Source of the DNA: Opitutaceae bacterium
GTDB lineage: Bacteria > Verrucomicrobiota > Verrucomicrobiia > Opitutales > Opitutaceae
Direction of reading: 5' to 3'
Assembly (NCBI GenBank): GCA_036675625.1
Contig: JAKFEQ010000066.1
Span: forward strand, 47,725 to 111,724
Length of the DNA stretch: 64,000 bases
A model generated the notes under the pieces. That model was not told the DNA's origin. It saw nothing but the letters and a program-made list of their open reading frames with translations, and did not search any database. Positions 49,850 through 58,221 of this stretch are shown piece by piece. How positions within the stretch are numbered: the first letter of the stretch is position 1; each line of letters begins with the position of its first letter. The position numbers and the translations under genes are program-made.

Positions 49850-50021
49850 GAACGAGAACCTGAAGATCGGTTCTTCTTCGTCCAGCCTTTTTTTCCGGAT
49901 TTTTGTCATAGCCGGAACGCTGGAGGAAACCGCTCAGATCCGTCCAAATCACCTGGGCGAACCCCTGGCCGCGACCGGAGCCGATACAGGCTGAGACCGC
50001 TGCGCCGGTGCGAAACGCGGG

Positions 50022-51044
50022 TTATCGCGCGTGCTCTTTCGCGTAATGTTCGCGAAGCAGATCGTGACCGAAATCGCCCTTGAAATCGCGCACGGTCGTG
50101 TGGACGTGGTTTCCCTTGCCCTGGAAATTATCGAACTCGATGAGGAACGTCGGGCCTTGGATGCGATAGTAGGTTTGGTGGCTGCGATCGAGTCCGCCCG
50201 CCCAGGCGAACGTGATCTGGTCCGGCCCGGCGGTGTGGATTTTCGCGAGGGCTTCGTTGGCGAGATCGGGTCGCCAGCGGTTCAGGTAAAGCTTCACCAA
50301 TCCCACGAGCATCTCGCGCTGCCGTGGGGTCATGTCCGCGGCCGAGAGGCCGGCGGGGGAGAGCGGCTCGACGCGTTTCTTGTTGGTGGTGAAAATCTCC
50401 TTCACGGGCTGGCTCGAGAAGATCGCGGTCTTGCGCTGCGATTCGTCAAGCGCGTTGACGAGGGCCAGTCCGAGATCCTCTTCTTCGCCGAGCACGCGTT
50501 CGCCCTTCCGCGGTCCGGCTCGCACTTCGGCGGGATTGCTGCCGATGAACGACGGCGCGAAGAACACATGCTTGCCGTCGACGACGGTGAAGTTGAACGA
50601 GAGATGATGGCCTTCGAAGCGCCAGCCCCAGGATTTGTCGGGCGTGGGCTCGCCGAAGATTGTGACGAAATAACCGGTGGGATCGCGGCGGCCGGTGGTG
50701 TCTTTCTCCAGTTCTTTGAGCACCAGCTCGAGCGCCATGACCGCTTGTGCGCGGGCCATGCCGGTGTGGCTGAGGCCGGTGCGAAGCAGCGCGAGACCGA
50801 GCGCGGCTTGTTGCGTCGACATGCTTCTGATCGGCAGGCCCTGGCGCGCGATCGGCACGAAGTTCCAGTTTTCGCGTTCGGCATCGGTCAGCGCGTAGGT
50901 GGCTTGTTTCTGCTGGTCGGCGTTCAGGGCGGCGAGAAAGGTCTTTGCGGCGGCAGCCATTTCGGCGGCGGCTTCGTGAGCGCGCACGAGTGGTGCGACG
51001 AGCATGAGCGTGAACGAGAGAAACAGGCGAGGGGTGGAGCGCAC
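50022..51044 (-). CDS. DUF3500-family secreted protein
   Basis: WNFVP..RQGL, YFVTIFGEP, WGWRFEGHHLS, YYRIQGP, HVHT..RD...DFG; GTG start inferred before the signal peptide. Confidence 0.8.
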   Translation of the reverse strand: MRSTPRLFLSFTLMLVAPLVRAHEAAAEMAAAAKTFLAALNADQQKQATYALTDAERENWNFVPIARQGLPIRSMSTQQAALGLALLRTGLSHTGMARAQAVMALELVLKELEKDTTGRRDPTGYFVTIFGEPTPDKSWGWRFEGHHLSFNFTVVDGKHVFFAPSFIGSNPAEVRAGPRKGERVLGEEEDLGLALVNALDESQRKTAIFSSQPVKEIFTTNKKRVEPLSPAGLSAADMTPRQREMLVGLVKLYLNRWRPDLANEALAKIHTAGPDQITFAWAGGLDRSHQTYYRIQGPTFLIEFDNFQGKGNHVHTTVRDFKGDFGHDLLREHYAKEHAR

Positions 51045-51607
51045 GTGAGTGTTTAAGCGAGAAACGGGACTTGGGCGCAAGGGCGCAGCGGTCGCGTGCG
51101 CCGTGCTGAACACAGCTACATGGCGCGCCAGGCGCTTTGTGAGCGGACTGGCGCCGTTCGTCACGACGCGCTTGCCGTCGGGCAACCTGAGCTGGTCAAT
51201 GAAACCTCGAGCGCTACAACTCGTCTCGGGGGCGAGTTCATCTCGTTCTGCTTCGTTCTTTAATTTCCGGTCGCCGCGTTTCCGCACGCCACCATTCGCA
51301 TAGCGCGGCGGCCGACCAGCGAGACCCCTCGGGCGCGGTGAAGGCCGCTCCCGCCCACTGGACCCGTTTCCGACGGACCAGTGGGTCCGGGGCATGCGAT
51401 AGCGAACACCGAAAATCGATTTTCCAGGGGCGGCTTTGGTCCGTGCCCTGTTCTCTGGATAACAAAAAAAATCGCGGCGTAATGTACAGGCAAAGCATTG
51501 CGCCGCGATCCTCCGGCAGGCGCGGAGCCGCTGGGTACGGGGGCGATCCTGTCCGGGGCGGACGTGAAACAGTTGCGCCGGCGGACGGCTCGCGTTTCGT
51601 GAAGCGG

Positions 51608-52012
51608 ATGGAATCCGTCACCACGCCTGCTCCCGTCGCCGCGCCGGTTCCGCTCGGGCTTCCGGAGGGGGTGCGAGCGGGCAACGAGAACTTGATCCAA
51701 TTGACCGAACCCGCGGGCAAGAAGGTCAACGCGCTCATCGCGCGCGAGCAGCAGGGCGCGTTGCTGCGGGTTGCGATCACGGGCGGCGGCTGTAACGGGC
51801 TGAGCTACAAGATGAAATTCGTCCCGGAGCCGAAGCGGGGTGATATTCTGGTGCGCACGGCGGGCGTGAGCGTCCTGGTCGACAGCAAGAGTGCGCTCTA
51901 TCTGAAAGGCACCCGGCTCGATTACTCGAGCGCGATGGTGTCAGGCGGGTTCAAGTTCTCGAACCCCAACGCCAAGGCGAGTTGCTCGTGTGGCGAGAGC
52001 TTTAGCGTGTGA
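51608..52012 (+). CDS. Second A-type Fe-S cluster carrier (HesB/IscA family)
   Basis: GGGCNGLSY and SCSCGESF. Confidence 0.93.
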   Translation: MESVTTPAPVAAPVPLGLPEGVRAGNENLIQLTEPAGKKVNALIAREQQGALLRVAITGGGCNGLSYKMKFVPEPKRGDILVRTAGVSVLVDSKSALYLKGTRLDYSSAMVSGGFKFSNPNAKASCSCGESFSV

Positions 52013-52208
52013 GCCCTCCGGTCTTCGGATTTGACGGAATCGGTGCCGAGAAACCGTTCCACCGCGAGCCGGCGATGAAAACCGGTCAGACGGTTGGTTT
52101 CAACCCGGGCGGCTTGATTCAGGCTTTTCCCTAGCCAAATAACCCTTGCCCCGGCGACGCTTCCCAGCGAGAAGGCACGCCGACCAGATACCAGTCCAAC
52201 CCTTATTG

Positions 52209-52910
52209 ATGGCAACTTCGTTTCCTTCCGCCGGCGGCCGCCCCGGCTCTTATCAGCGTCGCAATGTCGACCCGTTCGCGGCTATTCGCCGCAACCACCG
52301 CATCAAAGTTCCGCAGGTCCGCGTGATCTCGCCCGAGGGCAAACAGCTCGGGATTCTGGATACACCGAAGGCCATTAATCTGGCGTTGGAAAACGGCCTC
52401 GATCTTGTCGAGGTCGCGCCGAATGCCACACCGCCGGTGTGCCGCATCATGGATTTCGGCAAATACGTTTACGAGGAGCAGAAGAAGCACTCGCACGCGA
52501 AATCCACGGCGAGCAAGATCAAGGAGATCGAGTTCACGGCGCGCATCGAGCAGCACGATTACGAGACGAAGCTGCGTCATGCGGAAGAATTTCTCGACCA
52601 CGGCAACAAGGTGAAAATGCGCCTGAAGTTCCGGGGCCGTGAAATGGCGCATACGGATATCGGCTTCAACGTCATGAAGCGCGCGGTGAAAGATCTCGCG
52701 AGCATGGGGCATCCGGATGCCGACCCGAAGCTGATCGGCCGTAACATTCATGTGATGCTCACGCCGTTGCCGCCGAACAAGCGCAAGCCGCGGTTCCATG
52801 AGCGGGCCGAAGGTCATATACCGGACGATGCCGAGCCTTCGCACGGAAACGGTGACTCCAATGGGAGCACGCCGGGTTCCGACTCGAATCCGCCGATGCC
52901 ACACTCGTAA
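52209..52910 (+). CDS. infC: Translation initiation factor IF-3
   Basis: NHRIKVPQVRVI, DLVEVAP, CRIMDFGKY, KEIEF, KFRGRE. Confidence 0.96.
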   Translation: MATSFPSAGGRPGSYQRRNVDPFAAIRRNHRIKVPQVRVISPEGKQLGILDTPKAINLALENGLDLVEVAPNATPPVCRIMDFGKYVYEEQKKHSHAKSTASKIKEIEFTARIEQHDYETKLRHAEEFLDHGNKVKMRLKFRGREMAHTDIGFNVMKRAVKDLASMGHPDADPKLIGRNIHVMLTPLPPNKRKPRFHERAEGHIPDDAEPSHGNGDSNGSTPGSDSNPPMPHS

Positions 52911-52922
52911 GTCGCGGCCGCC

Positions 52923-53966
52923 ATGTTTCCGGCGGCAACGCGCAGCGTCCTTCTTGCCACGGTCTTCTTGCTGGGGTTGGCCAGTGCATGGGCCGCCTCG
53001 GCCGCGCGCAAGCCGCCGGTCCGGCCCGCCACGTCGATCTGGCTCGGCGGCACGGAGTATATCGATCTTGCGACGTTCTGCGCGCGTTACGGGCTGAAGC
53101 CCGAGAAGTCGTCGACGCGACGCGCGGTCTACAAGAGCAGCTGGACCTCGCTCGATTTTGAAATCGATTCGCGCGACCACCTCATCAACGGCGTGAGGGT
53201 TTACACGGGTGACTCCGTGCGAAGTCACCGTGGCCGGGTGTGGCTGTCGCAGATCGATGCCGATGTGTTGATCACCCCGATCCGCCGTCCCGGCACCAAT
53301 CAGGCGCGCATTCCCGGGCTGAAGAAAATCGTGATCGATCCCGGTCATGGCGGACGCGACCCGGGGAAGGTCAATACCCGGGTGTCGATCCTCGAGAAGA
53401 ACGCCGCCCTCGACACGGCACGCCGCGTCCAGGTGCTGCTGGAGAAACAGGGCTACGATGTCGTGCTCACCCGAAACGACGATCGCTACCTCGATCTGGC
53501 GGATCGCGCCGAGATCACGCAGCGGGCGCGTGCCGATTTTTTCATCAGCATTCATTTCAACTCCGTCGAGGTGGGGGCCGAACGGGTGACGGGCGTGGAA
53601 GTGTTCTCGCTCACGCCGCATCATCAGTTTTCCACCAGCGACGCCGCGCGCGAGGACGCGGCGGAGGCGAAACGGACGAATCCCGGCAATCGTTTCGACC
53701 ACTGGAATGCCGTCGCCAGTTACGGCATGCATCGCGCGATGATCGAGACGCTCCGGGCCACGGACCGCGGGCTCAAACGCGCGCGCTGGAAGGTGCTCGT
53801 GCTGGCCTCGTGCCCGGCGACGTATGTGGAAGCCGGATACCTGTCGAACCATGACGAGGCGCGAAAAATCGCCACACCCGCGTATCGGCAGAAAATCGCC
53901 GAGGCGATCGCGCACGGGGTGCGCGATTATGCAGCGGTGCTGACCGCGGCCCGGAAGCGGGCGTGA
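52923..53966 (+). CDS. N-acetylmuramoyl-L-alanine amidase (Amidase_3)
   Basis: IVIDPGHGGRDPG, EK, FISIHFNS, YVEAGYLSN; signal peptide. Confidence 0.93.
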   Translation: MFPAATRSVLLATVFLLGLASAWAASAARKPPVRPATSIWLGGTEYIDLATFCARYGLKPEKSSTRRAVYKSSWTSLDFEIDSRDHLINGVRVYTGDSVRSHRGRVWLSQIDADVLITPIRRPGTNQARIPGLKKIVIDPGHGGRDPGKVNTRVSILEKNAALDTARRVQVLLEKQGYDVVLTRNDDRYLDLADRAEITQRARADFFISIHFNSVEVGAERVTGVEVFSLTPHHQFSTSDAAREDAAEAKRTNPGNRFDHWNAVASYGMHRAMIETLRATDRGLKRARWKVLVLASCPATYVEAGYLSNHDEARKIATPAYRQKIAEAIAHGVRDYAAVLTAARKRA

Positions 53967-54091
53967 GGGTGTAGTCTGCGGTAAGGTTTTGAGACGAAAC
54001 CCGGCGGCCAACGACTGAGTGGCCTGCTCGGGAGGGCGGGAGTTCGATTCTGCGCTTCGCCCTTGGGCTGAAATCTGTCAACTCGTGACTC

Positions 54092-55159
54092 ATGCGTTTA
54101 CGTCCGCTGCTTGTCGCCGCCAGCCTGGTCGTCGTCACGTCCGCCGCCCGTGCGTGGGATTACGAGGGGCATCGCATCGTCAATCAACTGGCGCTCGCTT
54201 CGCTCCCGAAAGACTTCCCGACCTTCGTGCACGCCGTGGCGCACGCCGAGCGCATTGCGTTTCTGGCGGGTGAGCCCGATCGCTGGCGCAACGTGCCCGA
54301 CCTGCCGTTGAAGCATGCCGCCGGGCTCGAGCATTATTGCGACATGGAGTACATCACCGATGCGGGCCTCGATTGGGCGACGGTGCCTTCGTTTCGCTAT
54401 GACTTCGTCGTGCAGTTCGCCGCGGCGCGGAAGGTGCACGCGGACAAGTTTCTCCCGTTCGATCCGGCGCGGAACACGGACCGCACCCGCGAGTGGCCCG
54501 GCTTCGCGCCGTGGGCGATCACGGAATATTTTGGCCGGCTGCGCTCGGCGTTTTCGTATCTGAAGGTGTTCGAGGAGCTCGGCACGCCTGACGAGATCAT
54601 GAATGCGCAGGCGAACATCCTCTACGTGATGGGCGTGATGGCGCACTACGTGGGCGATTGCGCGCAGCCGCTGCACACCACGAAACACCATAACGGCTGG
54701 GTCGGGGCGAATCCCAACGGCTACACCACCTGGCGCGGACTCCACTCGTGGGTGGATGGTGGCATCATCGCAAAGACCGGTTTGCGCGCGCCTGCACTGG
54801 CGCCGCGGATCACCCCGGCGACGCCCATCTCGATCGCGGCGCGGAGTGACGGACGCGATCCGATGTTCGTCGCGGTCGTCGAGTATCTCGCGGGGCAGCA
54901 CCGGCAGGTCGAGCCGCTCTATCGGTTGGAAAAAGCAGGCAAACTCGGCCACGGCGCAGACGGCGTCGTGGCGGATGAGGCGCGGGCGTTCATCGAGCAT
55001 CGCCTGCTCGAGGGCGGCCAGATGCTCGGCGCGATCTGGCTGACCGCTTACCGTAATGTAGTTCCGGATACGTATCTCCGTTCCGCCCTGATTCGGCGGC
55101 AGACGGGCGGGCCCGCGCCGGCGGCGAGCCAGGCTGGCACGTCGAAGCCGACGAAATGA
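54092..55159 (+). CDS. S1/P1 nuclease / Zn-dependent phospholipase C-like secreted protein
   Basis: Mature N-terminus W(DYEG)H, HY.D, HYVGD..QPLH, LHSWVD. Confidence 0.8.
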   Translation: MRLRPLLVAASLVVVTSAARAWDYEGHRIVNQLALASLPKDFPTFVHAVAHAERIAFLAGEPDRWRNVPDLPLKHAAGLEHYCDMEYITDAGLDWATVPSFRYDFVVQFAAARKVHADKFLPFDPARNTDRTREWPGFAPWAITEYFGRLRSAFSYLKVFEELGTPDEIMNAQANILYVMGVMAHYVGDCAQPLHTTKHHNGWVGANPNGYTTWRGLHSWVDGGIIAKTGLRAPALAPRITPATPISIAARSDGRDPMFVAVVEYLAGQHRQVEPLYRLEKAGKLGHGADGVVADEARAFIEHRLLEGGQMLGAIWLTAYRNVVPDTYLRSALIRRQTGGPAPAASQAGTSKPTK

Positions 55160-55241
55160 GGAACGGGGAAATGGTCGTGATTCAGCATCGTCTGGTGGTG
55201 GCAACGCACGCCTCGGCTGGAACCCGGGAGCACGTCGCGCG

Positions 55242-55607
55242 GTGAACGTCACGTCGCTGCTCCTTGTTGCGCTCGGTGGCGCGATCGGCTCCGTGGTGCG
55301 GGCGCTTGCAAGCTACGCGATCCCGGCGGGCCGGCTGCCGTGGGCCACGATCGCGGTCAATATCGCGGGCTCGCTGCTCATCGGCGCACTCATGGCGCGC
55401 TTCGTCGCGACGAGCGCCGAGGCGGGGCGGGCGCATGCGTTCTGGGTGGCGGGCGTGTGTGGAGGCTTCACAACGTTCTCGGCGTTCAGCTGGCAGACGT
55501 TCGCGCAGCTCGAAAAAGGCCATTGGTGGCTGGCGGGCGGGCATGTTCTCCTCTCGGTCGGGTTGTGCATCGTCGCGACGTGGCTGGGGTGGAGGCTGGC
55601 GCGATGA
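55242..55607 (+). CDS. crcB: Fluoride channel Fluc
   Basis: GGAIGSVVR, TIAVNIAGS, GVCGGFTTFSAF. Confidence 0.95.
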   Translation: MNVTSLLLVALGGAIGSVVRALASYAIPAGRLPWATIAVNIAGSLLIGALMARFVATSAEAGRAHAFWVAGVCGGFTTFSAFSWQTFAQLEKGHWWLAGGHVLLSVGLCIVATWLGWRLAR

Positions 55608-57289
55608 ACGGCGCGGTCGGGCTGGCTCGGAGAGCCAGCCTCACCATGTTTTTTGCAGTTGCGGTAGTATTGGCCTTGCGACTTTCGGCGCCGGCAAACG
55701 CGGCAGGGAATCACACGGACAGCCTCGCTGCCCGCGTCATCGTGCTGGCGAACAGCGACGATCCCGACTCGCTGCGGATCGCGCGCCACTATGCCGCGGC
55801 GCGCGGTGTGCCCGCCGCCAATCTGATCGCGTTGAAGCTTCCGCACGGGGAGACGATCACGTGGCGGGAGTTTGTCGCCGTGCTGTGGCAGCCGTTGATC
55901 GAGCAACTCGTGCGCGAGCGATGGATCGATGCGATTCCGATGGCGCTGACGGATCCGGTGGGGCGGAAGAAATATGCGGTGCACGGTCACCGCATCGCCG
56001 CGCTCGTGGTGTGTCGCGGCGTGCCGTTGAAGATCGCGCACGATCCGGCGCTGTCGGCCCCGGCGCTGCCGTTCACGAATCGCGCGGAGTTCCGCACCAA
56101 CGCGAGTGCCGTCGATGCCGAGCTGAGCCTGCTGCCGGCGCCGAATTACAACATCAACGCGTTCGTGCCTAATCCGCTTTTCCAGAACGACCGTCCGGGC
56201 GACGTCGTGCGCCACATCGTGCAGGTCGGACGGCTCGACGGACCTTCCGCGGCTGACGCCCTCGAACTCGTCGATCGCGCGATCGCGGCGGAACGGAGCG
56301 GATTGCTCGGGCGCGCCTACGTCGATCTGAGCGATCGCGATCCGGTGGGCAACGAATGGCTTGAAGCGGTGGCGCGCCAGTTGCACGACTTGGGTTTCGA
56401 GCCCGCGGTGGATCGCGATCCCGGCACGACTCCGTCCACGGCGCGGTTCGATGCGCCGGTGCTTTATTTTGGGTGGTATTCAGGAAACTTGGACGGGCCG
56501 TTCGCGCTGCCTGGGTTTCAGTTTCCGCCGGGCGCGATCGCATTGCACATTCACAGTTATTCGGCAGGCACGCTCCGTTCCACGACGAGCGGGTGGACAG
56601 GGCCTTTCGTCGCTCGGGGTGTCACGGCGACGGTCGGAAACGTCCACGAGCCTTATCTGCAATTCACGCACCGCCCGAATCTGCTGCTGCGCGCGCTCGC
56701 GCGGGGCGCGACCCTGGGGGAGGCGGCGTATTACTCGCTCAATGCGCTGAGCTGGCAGGCGGTGTTGGTGGGCGATCCGCTGTACCGGCCGTTTGCGGTC
56801 TCGCTCGAAGCCCAGATGGCGAAGCGGGCGCAACTGCCGCCGCTGCTCGCCGGCTACGCGGTGTTGCGGCGGATGCGGGAGCTCGACGAGGCAGGTCGGG
56901 CCGACGAGGCGACTGCGCTCGCGATCCGAAGCCAGCGTGAGATTCCGAACCTCGCGGTGGGATTCGCAGTCGCGACGCGATTGCACGAGGCGGGCAACGT
57001 CGAGGCGGCGGGAAACGCGCTGGGTTTCGTCGCGTTGCTGAAATCCTTCTCGACCGACGAGTGGGCCCTCGCGGCGGAAGCGGCACGGCTGCTCGCGGCG
57101 TGCAAGCGCGCGACACGTGCGGTCGAGGTGTGGCGAACGTTGTTGGCGCTCGAGCGCGTGCCGCGTGAGCTGCGCCTGTCGTGGCTGCGCGAGGCGGAAG
57201 CGGCGGCAAAATCCGCGCGGGACATCGCACAAGCAGGCCGTTGGGCGCGCGAAATCGCGGAGCTCACGGCGCCACTAGAAAAAAAGTAG
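55604..57289 (+). CDS. TIGR03790-family protein with helical C-terminal extension
   Basis: VIVLANSDDPDS..IARHYA, YFGWYS, PGAIALHIHSYSA, GVTATVGNVHEPYL, WQAVLVGDPLYRPF. Confidence 0.8.
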   Translation: MNGAVGLARRASLTMFFAVAVVLALRLSAPANAAGNHTDSLAARVIVLANSDDPDSLRIARHYAAARGVPAANLIALKLPHGETITWREFVAVLWQPLIEQLVRERWIDAIPMALTDPVGRKKYAVHGHRIAALVVCRGVPLKIAHDPALSAPALPFTNRAEFRTNASAVDAELSLLPAPNYNINAFVPNPLFQNDRPGDVVRHIVQVGRLDGPSAADALELVDRAIAAERSGLLGRAYVDLSDRDPVGNEWLEAVARQLHDLGFEPAVDRDPGTTPSTARFDAPVLYFGWYSGNLDGPFALPGFQFPPGAIALHIHSYSAGTLRSTTSGWTGPFVARGVTATVGNVHEPYLQFTHRPNLLLRALARGATLGEAAYYSLNALSWQAVLVGDPLYRPFAVSLEAQMAKRAQLPPLLAGYAVLRRMRELDEAGRADEATALAIRSQREIPNLAVGFAVATRLHEAGNVEAAGNALGFVALLKSFSTDEWALAAEAARLLAACKRATRAVEVWRTLLALERVPRELRLSWLREAEAAAKSARDIAQAGRWAREIAELTAPLEKK

Positions 57290-57312
57290 CCCGGCTCGGG
57301 AGAGCCGGGACT
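57282..57312. terminator. Hairpin between convergent TIGR03790 gene and clpP
   Basis: CCCGGCTC-ggga-GAGCCGGG preceded by an A-tract (U-tract on minus strand). Confidence 0.6.
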
Positions 57313-57384
57313 GGAGGGGAGCGACTCGAGGGCAGTCGCACATTTGATCCCGCTTCTGCCGAAGCGGGCTACGCTCGATCTCGA

Positions 57385-58047
57385 TCAGACCTGGTCGACG
57401 ATCCGATCGGCGAGGCCGTAGGCGATCGCTTCCTTCGCGTTCAGGTAGAAGTCGCGATCGGTGTCTTTGTTGATCTGGTCGAGCGGCTGGCCGGAAGCGG
57501 TGGCGAGAATCTGGTTCAGCTCCTGGCGGAGTTTTTCCATTTCCTTCGCCTGAATGTTGATGTCGCTCGCGGGGCCGATCATGCGGCCGGAAATCAGCGG
57601 CTGATGGATCAGCACGCGTGAATGAGGATACAGCAGACGGCGGCCTTTCTTGGCGCCGGAGAGCAGGATCGATCCCATCGAGGCAGCCATGCCGGTGACG
57701 ACGACCGTGATCGGCGAGGTGACGAGCTGCATCGTGTCATACACCGCCATGCCGGCCGTGATCGAGCCGCCGGGCGAGTTGATGTAGAACGTGATTTCTT
57801 TGCCGGGCGCGTCGGACTCGAGGAAGAGGAGCTTCTCGGTGAGATCCTTCGCGGTCTCATCGGTCACTGCGCCCCAGAGGAAGATTTTCCGCTGCTCGAG
57901 GAACTTGCGCTGGATCATCATCGCGACCGGCGCGTTCTTCTTCATCAGGTTTTCGTCCTGCTTCTTTTCGTCGTCGTCATCATCATCGTCATCATCGAGA
58001 CGCGGGAGCGGGGCGGAGAGTCCGGGCTGAAGATTGTCGAAATGCAT
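57385..58047 (-). CDS. clpP: ATP-dependent Clp protease proteolytic subunit
   Basis: YINSPGGS, GMAASMGS, IHQP, DTDRDFYL; start uncertain. Confidence 0.95.
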   Translation of the reverse strand: MHFDNLQPGLSAPLPRLDDDDDDDDDEKKQDENLMKKNAPVAMMIQRKFLEQRKIFLWGAVTDETAKDLTEKLLFLESDAPGKEITFYINSPGGSITAGMAVYDTMQLVTSPITVVVTGMAASMGSILLSGAKKGRRLLYPHSRVLIHQPLISGRMIGPASDINIQAKEMEKLRQELNQILATASGQPLDQINKDTDRDFYLNAKEAIAYGLADRIVDQV

Positions 58048-58103
58048 AGGCGCCGAACGTTGAGCGGCTTGTCGGGATTGGCAAGCCGGCGCGACTACGT
58101 CGC

Positions 58104-58221
58104 GAAGATCCAAGATCCAAGATTCAAGCTCCAGAGAATGGCCAAGCATCAATGGCCAATCGGTAATCGCGATTGGTGTTTAGAAACTGGCGGTTCTCTG
58201 GATCTTGGCGCTTGGATCTTC
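58104..58221. repeat. TCCAAGA-heptamer inverted-repeat element, copy 1
   Basis: GAAGATCCAAGATCCAAGATTCAAGCTCCAGAGAA ... TTCTCTGGATCTTGGCGCTTGGATCTTC. Confidence 0.8.

Noticed and set aside
51045-51395. N-terminal extension of the DUF3500 ORF to 51395, and alternative small ORF 51049-51303+
   Set aside because: The extension would precede an obvious signal peptide, and neither translation shows family motifs or a convincing RBS.
51453-51462. TTATCCAGAG on the minus strand resembles a SAM-I 5' end
   Set aside because: No downstream GCAAC/GGUGC P3 core or closing GAU P1 strand was found.
54025-54070. tRNA-like T-loop GTTCGATTC
   Set aside because: The T-stem does not pair (GGGAG vs CTGCG), and there is no acceptor stem, anticodon arm or CCA.
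55160-55241. Possible fluoride riboswitch upstream of crcB
   Set aside because: No GGnGAUGGnGUUC...CC / GCUrAUGAC pseudoknot pattern can be built from the sequence.
57955-57998. Poly-Asp tract in the ClpP N-terminus as a contingency repeat
   Set aside because: Mixed GAT/GAC codons in frame; a low-complexity propeptide-like segment rather than a phase-variable tract.
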